Assembly: GCA_002633005.1 (NCBI GenBank)
Contig: NMRA01001078.1
Span: forward strand, 8,156 to 52,351
DNA from: Phoronis australis
Lineage: Eukaryota > Animalia > Phoronida
Direction of reading: 5' to 3'
DNA length: 44,196 nucleotides
Shown: positions 1 to 13,100 of the stretch, piece by piece
How positions within the stretch are numbered: position 1 is the stretch's first letter
Layout: every line of letters starts with the position of its first letter
Translations under genes and position numbers: made by a program
Notes under the pieces: model-generated
What the model saw: the letters and a program-made list of their open reading frames with translations, nothing else
Database searches by the model: none
Told to the model about the DNA's origin: nothing

Positions 1-65
1 TGCTACTGCTACTGCTACTGCTACTGCTACTGCTACTGCTACTGCTACTGCTCCTGCTACTAGTA

Positions 66-148
<83 letters not shown>

Positions 149-156
149 ACTACTAC
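1..156. repeat. Compound microsatellite (TGCTAC)n/(TGCTCC)n/(TGC)n/(TAC)n
   Basis: Directly visible; runs off the window start. Confidence 0.95.
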
Positions 157-648
157 CGCAACATATTATGTCAATAAAGAGTAAAGCCCCCCGAACCTGT
201 TCGTTTTGCTCCAACAACGGGTCTCTCGTGCTTTAGCTCTGGTATTTTGTGCAATGGGTCCAACTCTGAGGCCTGTGTACGCCTGATGCGCCGCAAGTGA
301 CATCAGGCCACCTGCACAATTACTGCAATCTGTGCTTCATCGCAGTTGTCCAAGATGCGTTTGTGGTTGTTTTCAAATGCTAATCTATTGCATGAATGAC
401 TGCGTCAAGACTCCGCACTGGAGCTGAACAAATACGGTCTACGCGCAATTTTATGGTACTTGTCTGCGTGTACCTTGTAATTATGACTGGTCCCCGGAGT
501 TTTTTAGTCCAGTATCGAACTTGTTTTTTAAAAACGAGTAGACTGTCGCCTACTTAAAAAGTGTTGCGCTGAAACAGGCAGCTATCTTGAAGTTTTACTA
601 AAAAGACAATATCTCGTCAAACCAGCGATGGACCGTATTTTGACTCAC

Positions 649-842
649 ATGCACTCTGAACGTGGTTCCGGTTCTTTTACTTGTACGGTTTGAAGAGGTT
701 ATAAACACGCGTAACACGTCTTTGCAACATATCACCAAGCACTGACTTCTGTGGTTGTAGATCATGATGGTGAGCTATATGCAGATGATTGGGCTTCATC
801 ACTATTTCAATGGGGCCAACGAATGCAACGTACACCGTTCAC
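649..842 (-). pseudogene. Candidate terminal exon or disrupted transmembrane exon (phase 1-0)
   Basis: Acceptor aaacag at 844-843 and donor gtgagt at 648. The phase-1 frame reads [13 protein letters not shown] then ...PIICI*LTIMIYNHRSQCLVICCKD...RTSKR; a neighbouring frame gives [13 protein letters not shown]. Confidence 0.35.
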
Positions 843-3800
843 CTGTTTGCATTCAACAATTAGCGTGGAAGGTGAATATCCTTCAATATCTATCCCATCA
901 CAAGCAAATCACGTGATCATGCCATTTTCCTGCGAATTCTGCGCAGGAACGCTGCCCTATGGGGACGCGTTAGAATCTACACATTAGCAAATAAACGACG
1001 ATAGTGCCACGAGTTTCTGGTTAACTTACTTGGTGTGGTTATCGATGTCCTATGTACACGTAGATCTTCCCCAGCTGTAAGTAAAGGAATGAATGGATGT
1101 AGATGGGAGAGTTAGTTTTAGCAGTAAACCCGAGGAAGCGAGCGAAGCAATGTAAAGGAAAGAGTGCTGAACTGTCATGTCTCCTTCAAAGTTACATATG
1201 ACAGCTGGCAGGATCCAAAACCATCAAGACGTTTCACGTCAAACTGTGTTCAGATAGTTTTTTTTACCCAAAAACAAGACGATGACCGTGAAGACAAAAA
1301 CGAACTCGTATCAAATGAACACTGACGGAGAAGTGCCCTTTGCCGAGCAATAATACCCCTCCACCTGACACGTGACCAATGGTTCGATTCATGAACCTAT
1401 TTGGTCGTAGAGTTGACTGAAATCGGGCCAACTCAAAAATAATCCACCGATGCACCCTTAAGAAAATAGGATTTCCTATTAGATTCCTACAGGAAATCCA
1501 AGAGCATCCAATAGGATCCAATAGGATCCAATTGGATTTTGACCGACCAGCCTATAGGGCTCCAATAGGATCCTATAGGATTCCTAATCGAGCCTACACG
1601 ATCCTGTAGGAATCCAACTGGATTTTGGCCCAATATCCTATAGGAATTCGATAGGAATCCTGTAGGATATCCTATATAAATTCCCTATAGAAATTCCCTA
1701 TAGAAATTCTTATGAGTTTTTTAAGATAACCCTTAGGATTTCCTAGCATGGCAATTTCAATGCATACATGTACATAATACAACAAAACAACAGTGTTTTC
1801 AACAAAACAAATTCAACTGGAACACAGGTAACCTCAAAGTTCTTGTACAACAGTCTAATCCGTTCTTGAACATCGTCTACAGCAAGATACCTATACAGCA
1901 CACATCACGAATTTTTGTCCGCCCGGTCGGAAATTGGTCGACGACCGGCCGTCGACCGGTCGTCTAGCCGACCAGCAGCCGACCAACAACGGTCGGCTAG
2001 GAGCCGTCTGCTGAGTCGCCTCTGTGGTCGGCACTTGGGTCGGCTAAGTGGTCGCCTAGCGTAGACGACCAATTCGGATTAAGCGTGTCCTTGGTCGGCA
2101 ATTACCATTTTATGACTTAGCGGGTGAACTTTGGCCAAACAAACATTTAAGTGTTCGCTGTTCGTTCACCAGTGGCATCTCCGGTTTTGACATCGGTTCA
2201 TCAACTTTTGTTACACTATTGAAAGGAGGTAAAATCGAATCAACCTACAAATACGAAGTGTGTGACATTACACCAGCCTCAAACTTTATGTTGAATTAAT
2301 GACGGCGTGTTAAAATCAAATGTTAAGTGAGATCGCGGAAGCATAATTTCTAACTTTAGAAATTAGACTTTTTATGCAGTACTTTATCCATAAAAACAAG
2401 CACGAACTTTGAAATTTTACAGTAAATTTGCATAAAAAACCCGAATACAACACTGGATTTTTTACTACCTCAAGTGTTTTCATGCAGCGGAATGCTCAAC
2501 AAGCATCACGCATTTGCGCTCATCCGTTATTGCTCTTGATCATCACTTCATCACGCTGTATATTGCGATTTACCACAGATAATTATTGCTTATTTCTGTA
2601 TAATTTCTTAATATGTTGGTACAGCAATAGAACCTAAGTTTATTTTAGGAACAACATAAACAATGGTTTGAACATAGCGCCGATATCACATGTAAATCAT
2701 GGGCGCATGAAAACGGAAGACTGTGATCGGTTTAGAGTGTCATCCATCATCATTCTGAAATTGTTGTCACTTTCGCTGTAAAAAATCTTTTCGAAATTAG
2801 AGCATTCCTATCTAGCCAGCTAGTTGTATATAGACTATTTTCAAAATACAGCAAGGTGCCACTGCTTATTGAGATCAAACAGACCTCGAAACTTCACACA
2901 GCCCAGATAGTTACGCTTGTCACCTCGTCGAAAAGCATACTGGACCGTGAATTTCGCGTCTGTACTGCAAGGGTCAATACTATGAAAATGAAATCCCCGG
3001 AGTGAGAGCTCCTCGCGGTGTAACAACTCACTCACTAATCCATCATCATGAGCGCGTGATAGGAGACCGGTGACTAACTTAAAAAACGCAAAAAGATGCA
3101 GTTTGGCGTTACACAAACAAAATGAATTGCGGGCGAAGACTGTTAAAAATAGCTGCGTTTACAAAATGACTAAAGCGTTGCATTGACCGGGAAGCAACCA
3201 ATCTAATACATCTTGTTAACGTCACGAGTCAAATTAAAGATCAAATGTAAAGAAAACTTTCACGTTTTTCATCCAAAACTTGTTGCATTGTCCATAATCC
3301 AATGCTTACTAGTGCCGCTTGCCTTCAACCTTCGAATTAGTGGTGTTTCACAACCGACGTGAACTCATGTAACCGAGACAGTAAAACTAGGTTAATTTAT
3401 TTGACCCTGTGCTTAGACGAATATGCATCGACACGCAAAGTGGCATCAGCCTGACAACCTATTACGCAACTGCTACCCTAGCCTAAAAATAGCAGCCGAC
3501 CAGCTGGTCGGCTGATGGCCGGTCGGCTGAAGGGTAGGCTGAAGGGTCGGCTGAAGGGTCGGCTGAAGGGTCGGCTGGGGAGTCGCCTTATGAGTCGGCA
3601 CTTCGGGCGGCTGCCGGTCGGCTAATTTTTAGCCAACCGGGCGGACAAAAATTCGTGATGTGTGCTGTATATGTTACATATGGTGTACCAAACTGGGGCT
3701 ACAAAAAAACTGTGTGTTCTTCTTTGCTTTTTCAAAATATGTTCAAGTAACTTATTATATAAATGCTGAATGCTATACCCTTTTTCATGTTGCTATCTGA

Positions 3801-6800
3801 CAGTCAAAGTTGTAAGCTTATGTCGAGTGTTTTAATTGCTGTAAAAATGACTGTACATTGAATCGCTTTTCAGTGAAATCTTTTGTTGAGTTGAAACTGT
3901 CCATTTGAGCCACTAAGCCATACACATGATCAAAACTTTTCCTTAGAAGCTTACACACAACATTATAATTTACAATACCAGAAATCAAACAGCTATAATG
4001 ACAGATATATATGTTTTGTTTTAAGAGAATTTCACATACAACAAATTCAGTAGGATTCTATCAGTTCAATAAGATCCTATGGGAAGTTCAATAGCATACT
4101 ATAGGAAATCAATAGGATTTCCTAAAGTAATCCTATAGGAATTTTCTATGGGAATTCCTATTGTATTCTATGCGATTTCCTATAGGCTTTTTATAGGAAA
4201 CCCAATAGGATTTCTTAAAGAACCATATATGAACTTTTATAGGATTTCCTATTGGATCCTTTACGACTTCCTATAGGATTTTTGTACGAAACCCTATAGG
4301 ATTCCTGAATATTTTTGCATGGGCAGCATCGCTGAAATGTTTCAAGATTGTGTTATCTAATACTGGACGTTCGGTTGATATAGAGTAGAGTAAGCTTAAA
4401 GAAGAATGCCACCCGATTTAATTAGTCTTTTTTGCCGTCTTAATCGGTCTATATCCACATCGCCTCGCATACGGTCGAACTCACCTTGCCAAGAGGTGTC
4501 GCGTTAACGTGTGAGGAAGGTGAGAAACGACGCTAGCGACGTCAGTGGTTCATATGCAGAGTGAATGCCGCTATGTTGCCGTGCATCGTTCTCGCTTGTC
4601 CGAACAAAGCAGCTGCGAGAAAAGCGGGTATATCGTTTTTTTTTTTACTTCCTTGAGAGTCCGAAATGCTTAGGAAGTGGCTCATGGTAGTGAAGAATGA
4701 AATGCACTCTGTAAATAGCAAATATGAGGCCGTGAAACATCTTCGTGTCTGTGGCCTGCCGACGTCGACAGTGCCTGACGATCGTATGCCGGCTTTCCAA
4801 ATAACTCCATAAGTTCCGTGGTTTGAGCTTGTTCACGGCGACTCTCTAGTATTTCTTCATCACTGTATTCCTGTTCGAATTGATAGCCTTTAAAACTGAA
4901 CGATCCACCTGCGAAGTCGGGACTGATGAGCTCTAGCTCGTGCTAAGTCCGGATTGCGAGATGCCATGTTGGCGTTTATTACTGAGCGTTCTGTTTTAAA
5001 ATGAATTATTATCACCCTAACCAATACTTATATTAAACTTATACAAAGTCGTTCTCATTAGATGTAATCTGTAATGCCTGTGGAGTGTTCATGAGAGCAA
5101 ATGATTTGAGAAGCCAGCAATGATTAAATCACTGCGTTACCGCGGCTTTAGGTGCGAAAAACTAATTGACGGGACACCGAGGCCGTGTGAGCGCATGCTA
5201 ATTTAGTGTTTGCTGGCAGAAACTGCTGTGAAACAACTCAATTTCCATCCCACTGCTAGGTGTTACGGTAATCTTTATTTACATTGACATTACTCAAATA
5301 ATGCTTGTCAATGTACAACTTCTGCCCTGACGGTGCTGAATTCGCGGCCCCCGACGAGTAAGTAGATTTGCAGTTTCGTGGTTAATTCACCAACACAATC
5401 ACGTGCACATTACTTTGGCTCACTACTATAGTATTCTATTGACTGGAAGTTTACTTTCCACTGATTTATGTTCGTGATGTCTGATCAGTTTCCAAGCCAC
5501 TGGCCGGGATAACGAGTCTGTCCGGCCGGCCGCGACGGGCCTGATCAGGCTCCGAGCCACTGGCCAGGATAACAAGCGTTTTGTGTTTAGAACTCAAAAA
5601 ATCACAAGTCTAAACAACACAGATCTAGGTTCTTCTGTCTGTATCTCACGGAAAATACTTCGAAATTATCTCCGAAAAGACCCCAAACTCCTGCTCCGGA
5701 CCTTATTGGCCTGCCGAACTTCGTAGGCTACGATGTGTCCAAATACCAAAAAATCCGTACGAGCGAAATAAAACAACATAAGAACTCGGTGTATTTTTAA
5801 GGGTTTTACATCGAAGTTTGATGATTTATTGGTGTTAAACGATTACTTCAAGCGATAAGCTGACACCAGTAACCTATGTTGTGAACTGCTGAACAGACTA
5901 CGTGTGAAACCTATGGCGTCATTGGATAATTTCAACACCTCCGTCTGCCGTCAGGTGTCAGGTAACGCAACCGTACGTGTCCTTATGGAGTAGAACTACT
6001 CGAGCTAAATTGATACAAATTAGGTTGTTTTTTGGGTGGCATGCTCCTTTAACGTGGAATTTAATCTTACAAGAATAATACATGTATGAATGTCATCACT
6101 GATATTCTCATTGGATTGTGAATGCAAAGGAACCAAACAATATCAAAATGAATACCTTTTTGTTTCGAAAATATTCCCTTTTTACCATGTACAATTTACC
6201 TGCCAACAATTCTGAGTGAAATGTTGTCGGTCAATCAATGTTTACATGCACATGTAATGAATTTGGTTGCAGTCAGAGAAGCAATCCCAGGTTTCGGTAA
6301 AAATCCAATCAAAACAGTTGAATTTAAAAAGTCCAAAAATAAATGTACCAATAGTTTTATCATCACTGAAATTACTAAAAATTTGGATAGATTTGTAATG
6401 AAGCCAATGGAATATCAACTTTGTATCATTGCAATATGCAAACCCATTCAAGCTGTTTTGGACGTTCTCATGTATAATGCGCTGAAAAATTCACCCACCT
6501 AGCCGAACTTCGACTTCGCACAGCCTGAACTTTGCATTCCGTGGTTGCATAGATTCGATTCGTACAATTTTGCCAGTCAGAGGATTCCGGCAAGGGGTTT
6601 CCGTGACTCGTTGTTTTGGAACACCAAGGCTAGTGAAGCAGAGCTCTCTTGTACCATCTGCCCGCAACACATACGCATTAATGGGAGGTACAGGTACATC
6701 TTTAAAGAAAGTATAAAATATCATTAGCGGTGCATTGTATTCGGCAAATTGCTAACGCTAGTAGACTGCGAAAGTCACGTCAGCGACTAGGGTTTTGCAA

Positions 6801-7102
6801 TCGAGAATACTTGCACACACAAGATTGGCTGCTAGTGGTCTGCGAGGCTGCGCTAGACTGAAAAAGCCAAACAAACAACGAACATTTGTAATATTCCTTT
6901 AGCCCTCATCCCTCAAGACAGTTGTTTTGCAAGCGTCTGCCACTAAATGTCTAGCGTGTAATTCCCAGAGACAGAAAAACGGTATGAAGACACAAACCTG
7001 CACACACACACAAACACGCACATACACACAAGCACACGCACATTCACGCACACGCTCGCGTGCAAACACACAGACACAGACAGATTCTCACACACACACA
7101 CG

Positions 7103-7160
<58 letters not shown>

Positions 7161-10100
7161 TATATATATATATATGTGTGTGTGTGTTTGTGTGTTTGTG
7201 CGTTCGTGTGTGTGTTTGTGTACATGTAGCATGCGTGTGTGTTCGTGTGTCTATTGCCAAAACTTGATTGGCATGACCGGGGAATCGGCTTAGGCTTCTG
7301 ATTGCTTTAAAAGCATGGATTTGCCATTGAAAACAAATTAGATGTCTTAGCCAGACCCGGTGGAACAGGCAACTTAAGTGTAACCATTATCATATACACT
7401 ATGATTCAAGCACATGTGCTCTCTGTTTCACGTTATCTAAACTGTACCTAGGCTGGACGAGATCGTTACGCCAGCGATTTTATATTCGCTCTCCAGGTCC
7501 ACTTCCCACCAAGCTTTTGATGTGCTCATTGCGTGAGCGCAGGACCTGAATATCTCATTATGGTCTCGGTTACCGTCCACCGCCAAATTGGACCCACGTG
7601 GAGTTTGACTTCCAGACTGTCGTGTCGGTTTATCTTGTGATATAGGTTTCGCTGAAATAAACACCACCTCAAGATTTTTAGCTGGAGCTTAGTAGTTGAA
7701 ATTGTCTGTCATTTTATCCGTCATATTGTCACGTTTTCCCAGTGTATTGGAGCTTTTACAAGTCTACTCAAAAAATGTACGACGTGTTCTTCTATGCTTC
7801 ATCCAGGGCTGCAAATCCTTGACTTTTGATAAACTACGACATCTCCAGCATCAGCTAGCATGTTGTTTCAATAACCTGGTGTCTGTATAGATGACTCTAC
7901 TATCTAACCCTGTAATTGGTGATTGCCTTCTCTCCAGCTCAACTACACATTCCATTGTAACTGACTTTCATCTAATTTTAACTGTCTGTATTTAACCTCT
8001 ACCTTGGAATAGTCTCTTACAATGCTCTAGAACCTTTCCAGCAATTAAAGCACATTCAATAACTTTCTGGAATACATAACGTGGAGAATCAATCTGAAAC
8101 TAAATAAGGCGATTCAGATCCTCTCAAGGATACTATTGTTTCACGAAATGTAGAATATATATAGGTGAATAAAACAACAAGAATGGATTAACTGAAATTT
8201 TCGGTTATAATATTATCCTTTGTCAACAGAAACAGAAATAACAGAGTTGCAGTGAAGGCAATCACTTTACTTCAGATTCTGCTGACGAAGAATGTTATTA
8301 CATCACACATTACGAGTTTTCGTCCGACCGGTCGGAAATTGGTCGGCTAGGAGACGTCTGCTGAGTCGCCTCTGTGGTCGGCACTTGGATTGGCTAAGTG
8401 GTCGCCTAGCGTAGAACACCAATTCGGATTAAGCGTGTCCTTGGTCGACGATTACCATTTTATGACTTAGCGGGTGAACTTTGGACAACCAAACATTTAA
8501 GGACATTTCCAACCTTATTCACAAAAATTGTCCATTTTTACAATATTTCACTTGTGTCTAGCAAAATACCTTATCTTCATTCTCGGGGAACTTCAAATAT
8601 GAAATATATACTGCGTAGCGAGAAAAAAAAGATTTAGCAGAACCACCTTGGAACCGCCCAACCGCCTGGATATTTGTTTACCACTTATCCAAGATCAAAG
8701 GTTAAAGGGCTTTCAAGTAAATCGAGTCTCCGCCAGGTACAGAACAGCTTCGGTATACCCTCAGTCCTTTTATTCACAAATTCGCCATAACATTGAACCA
8801 ACGAGGTGTGGTTATGATAGAATGGTGCCGGGGAAAACGAAGACAAAACATAGTTTTGATCCTAAGGGAGTTGTGCGTCCACATGCATACGACCGTTGAC
8901 GTTGAAAACGAATGCTACGAGTTGCCTCAGGCCTCAGTCTGGTCATGAACACAGAAAGTTGTGAAAAGAGATAAATCCTCCCCCTTATTCCTTAATTCAA
9001 TTATTAAGTAAACATTTCGATGTTTCGATATCATGTTAACGACTTACTTTAACCACCAATTCAATTTTTGTTATCCATTTCTTACTTGGTTTGGTATCAG
9101 TCTCCCAGCACGTGATGTGTACAGGCTACATGTATGAACTGTGACCTACTTTTCTAAGTAGGTCGTACAAAACGGCAGAAGTTGGCTGCGAAAGATAGGT
9201 CTATTTGAGGTTTTAATGATATTTAAGTTAGTTACGCACTGCAAAATTTGTTGACATTGCAAGAAAACATTGAAATAGGTGACATAGTTAAGGATTCTAT
9301 AGGTTATGTATACCGAAAACAAGTTTTCACAGAATAATTAACCAAAGACTTAGAGATTTTCACGTGTCCCAGTTTAATCGGCTTTTTCTGGGCTTCGGCA
9401 AATCGACTTTATTTGAACTTAGGAACACGAGGCTCGATGGATTTCGCTGAAACTTTCCAAACTTAATATTTGGTCACCAATCTCAAAAACGCTGTAAGGA
9501 TTTTTTGATATAGAAGCTTAGTTTTTGTGTAATGTGGCAAAGATGTATACGACTTCATTTGTTTACAAAAAATACCTTACGTTTTGCGAGTTTATTTGTC
9601 ATAGAAACCAAACGAACAAACTAATCGCAAATTCCTAACAGCGTTTTTGAGGTAATTCATGAAGTTTTCATTTAAAAAGGTTTCGTTAAAATCGACCGAG
9701 GGGTTATTTTGCTATGAATGTACCTTTCTTAAAAATGAAATTTTTACTTAAAAAGGTTTTTACGTAAAAAATAATAAGAACAAATAAATAAAAAAGTATA
9801 TTTATATTTCCTGGTCTTTGTTCTTTCAGAAAATATATACTTTTACTAGTTGACAAAGCTTAGTTTTTCGATATACGAGTTAGAATAGAGGCCACTAAAT
9901 AAGGTTTGAAATAACCTTAACAGTTAGCTGTTCGTTCAGCGTGGCAACTCTGGTCTTGACATCGGTTTATCAACTTTTGTTCAACTATTGAAAGGAGGTA
10001 AAATTGAATACACCTACAAATAAGAAGGGCGTAACATTACACCAGACAAAACTTTATGTTGAATTAATGACGGCGTGGTAAAATCAAACGTTAAGTGATA

Positions 10101-13100
10101 TCGCGGAGGCATAATTTCTAACTTTAGATATGAAACTTTTTATACAGTACATGTATATTATGTATAAAAACAAGCACGAAATTAGAAATTTTACAGTAAA
10201 ATTGCATAAAAATCAGAATACAACACTGAATGTTATACGATCTCAAGTGTTTTCACAACGCGGAATGTTCAACAAACAGCACGCATTTGCGCTCATCCGT
10301 TATAGCTCTTGATCATCACTTCATTACGCTGCATATTTTTACCACAGAATATTATTGTTTATTTCTGTATAATTCTTAATATGTTGGTACAGCAACAGAA
10401 CCCAAGTTTATTTTAGGAACAACACAAACAATGGTTTGAACATAGGGGCGATATTAAGATCATGGGCGCATGAAAACGGAAGAATGTGATCGGTTTATAG
10501 TGTCATCCATCATCCATCATCATTCTGAATTTGTTGTCACTTTCGCAGTAAAATCGTTTCGAAGGTAGAGCCTTCCTATGTAGCCAGCTAGTTGTATGAA
10601 GACAATTTTTAAAATACAGCAAGATGCCACTGTGTATTGAGCTCAAATAGACCTCTAAATTTCACACAGCCGGATAGTTACGCTTGTCACCTCGTCGTGA
10701 AGCTTGTATCAACATGAGCTAAAGACCGGCGGGTGTTCATGCAAAATCTTGAAGTCAACTGACATTCAACTTGCCCGTTACGGCCGTTTAAGCGAAAAAC
10801 ATCCGTCGCCATCTTCTTGCGTGATTCTCTGCCTTTTCAGGAAAAAACGTGTGTCGTCGTTTTGAAAAGTGTTCATTCATGACACGCGCCACTTCCAAAA
10901 TGTTTTTGACATCTCCCATTAGATGATGACAACCTCTCAGCAAAATTCCAAAAACATATAATGAAGTGAAACCAATTCTGATCATTTGTTGTCACGTTTA
11001 CACAACCTCGAGGGAGAACGTTTGATTAAAGAATCTGGGAAAAAGTAACTGGCTAATAGGTAACGCAATATTTCTTTGCGTCGAAAGTCGACGCAATAAT
11101 CACACCATAACATTAGCAGCAGAATAATTGTAGAAAACCAATTTTGCAACGCTGGTAAATAATTTGGCGTAAAAACACAATACTTGGCGTTTCGCGAATA
11201 CTCCAAGGGTTAAAACTTTAAAAATATGATTTTCGGGGTAACTTATACATGTAATCCTAAAGAAAGTAATCTGCAAAAATGATCAACGCAGTGATTCAAA
11301 AAGAACACTCCCGCAAACGAAAACGCACACAATTTTCAGTTTAATAACACAGGTTAAAAAACAACTTCTATAAGTTTTTCCATCGATTCTAGTGATCACC
11401 AGGACAAGTCAAAACTCTTAAAAGGGCGAAATTTCAAATTTTTGGCATAAATCAGTGTTATTAAAATGGATTTAGACCGACATTTTTTAATAGCAATGTA
11501 GACACAACAGTTACAGACACTGACTGCATTTGTTGACGACTTGTGGCAATGATAAAAATAATAGTTTCTACTATGATTGATAACAAGTTTTACTCTGTTG
11601 AGGTATGATGCAATATGCATGTCTAATATGCAGATCAGCAGTTGCAAAAATATCTACTGGGTTTAATGAATCCGTTTGTTAGGAATCACTGCAAAAGTAT
11701 GATTACTAATTGTACATTGTACTGTCGAAGCACGTCTGATTAGAATAAAAGCATACACATGCTTGATGATCCTGGGAGTACCTCTAATACAGGCATGAAT
11801 GAAGATACATGTACATACATGTAGTTGTTAAGTCATAGAGGATATTAAGGCTTACATAATATCAGACTGAACCATCTACACCAGGTATATACCAATAATA
11901 CAATAGTCATAACTACTCATTTTTCATAGTACTACTAAATCACGAACACCTAGATTTATATAAGACGTTACATAGTACGATGCTCGGCAACCTGCTCTCC
12001 CACATTTATGGAAGGCCTAAGGGGAAACATTTAACGGCATATACTTTCTATGCAATATTAATACCAAGCAAAACATGTAAACTCTCCAGGACCAAATGTA
12101 AATATCTAAAAAACCAGAACTTTTACTTAAGCAAGAATTAAAACAATCCAATACATTGAGATTGTTTCCTCACAGAATACCAAAAAACAAATAAAGATCA
12201 AAATTCACCACGTCAAGACTGAAAATTTATAGCATCAGCACCTATAATTTATCACGTGAGGACCTAAAATTCGACACTTCAGGATCAAAATAAAGTACGA
12301 CAGAACTGAAAATTTAATTAGTCAGGTTCAAAAACTTACCATGTCAGTAACTTTTCACGCCAGGACACCACGTCACCATCACCAAGCATTGATCCTTCAA
12401 AGTGAAAATGTCCGTACGACACGTATAACCAAGGGCTTATAGTCGGTGGGCCAGAATTTGTATGGCCTCTAAAAATGGTTTTTGTGAGTACTTTAGGGGG
12501 GCAATTGTATTTTGGTGTTTCATTAGAGTGTTTTCAAAATCTAAAAAGTTCTCACTTATAAAGTTGCACATTTTTTAGAAATTTGAGTTTGAAGTTACCT
12601 AATAATCACCAAAGAGCTTAGTAAAGTTATATTTGTAAAAACAACAGTTTTGGTGACTTTTTTGTAAAACAAGTAATATGGTCCCATCTGTGACATTGTA
12701 TTGAACAATATTACACTCACATTACATGTTTTACTATGGTAGATTAATTGTAAACAGTGAAATTTAAAAAATGTAAAGAGGCACCTAGTGGCAAAAATGC
12801 AATCTAAGTCTGAATGTTACTAGGAAGTTATTCTGGCATTGTCTGGCAACAAAAATAACACAAAACACTTGAGACTGGCTAATTTTGTGCCTTAATGACT
12901 AAAACATTGACTAATGGTGTAAAATACAGCTTGTTTGCATAATACACCAGAAATACATTATAGTACAAAAACAATATAGTTGAATGATCAATGTGAAAGT
13001 GCACACAGACTGTATGAAAATAATAGATTATTCTGGCTGCGTTTATCAAGCAGTATGAGACAAATACATGACACTGATCAAAGTATCTACTTTCTATGAC

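Noticed and set aside
1-156. Possible poly-Ala/Gln/Ser coding repeat
   Set aside because: No flanking ORF or convincing splice context; treated as a simple microsatellite.
196-423. Exon-like segment after a minus-strand acceptor at 425-424
   Set aside because: Early stops in all three frames; at best UTR or a decayed exon.
4918-4952. CTGATGAG with a small stem resembling a hammerhead
   Set aside because: No GAAA after stem II and no stem III.
6927-7293. Four overlapping ORFs (His/Thr and Cys/Val rich)
   Set aside because: Artefacts of the (CA)n/(TG)n repeat.
11190-11213. piggyBac-like end (AAGGG|TTAA)
   Set aside because: No matching TTAA|CCC partner found.
12193-12375. Spaced ~21-bp repeats as a CRISPR array or heptad-coding repeat
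   Set aside because: Contiguous degenerate units without unique spacers, stops in the plus frames, eukaryotic context.
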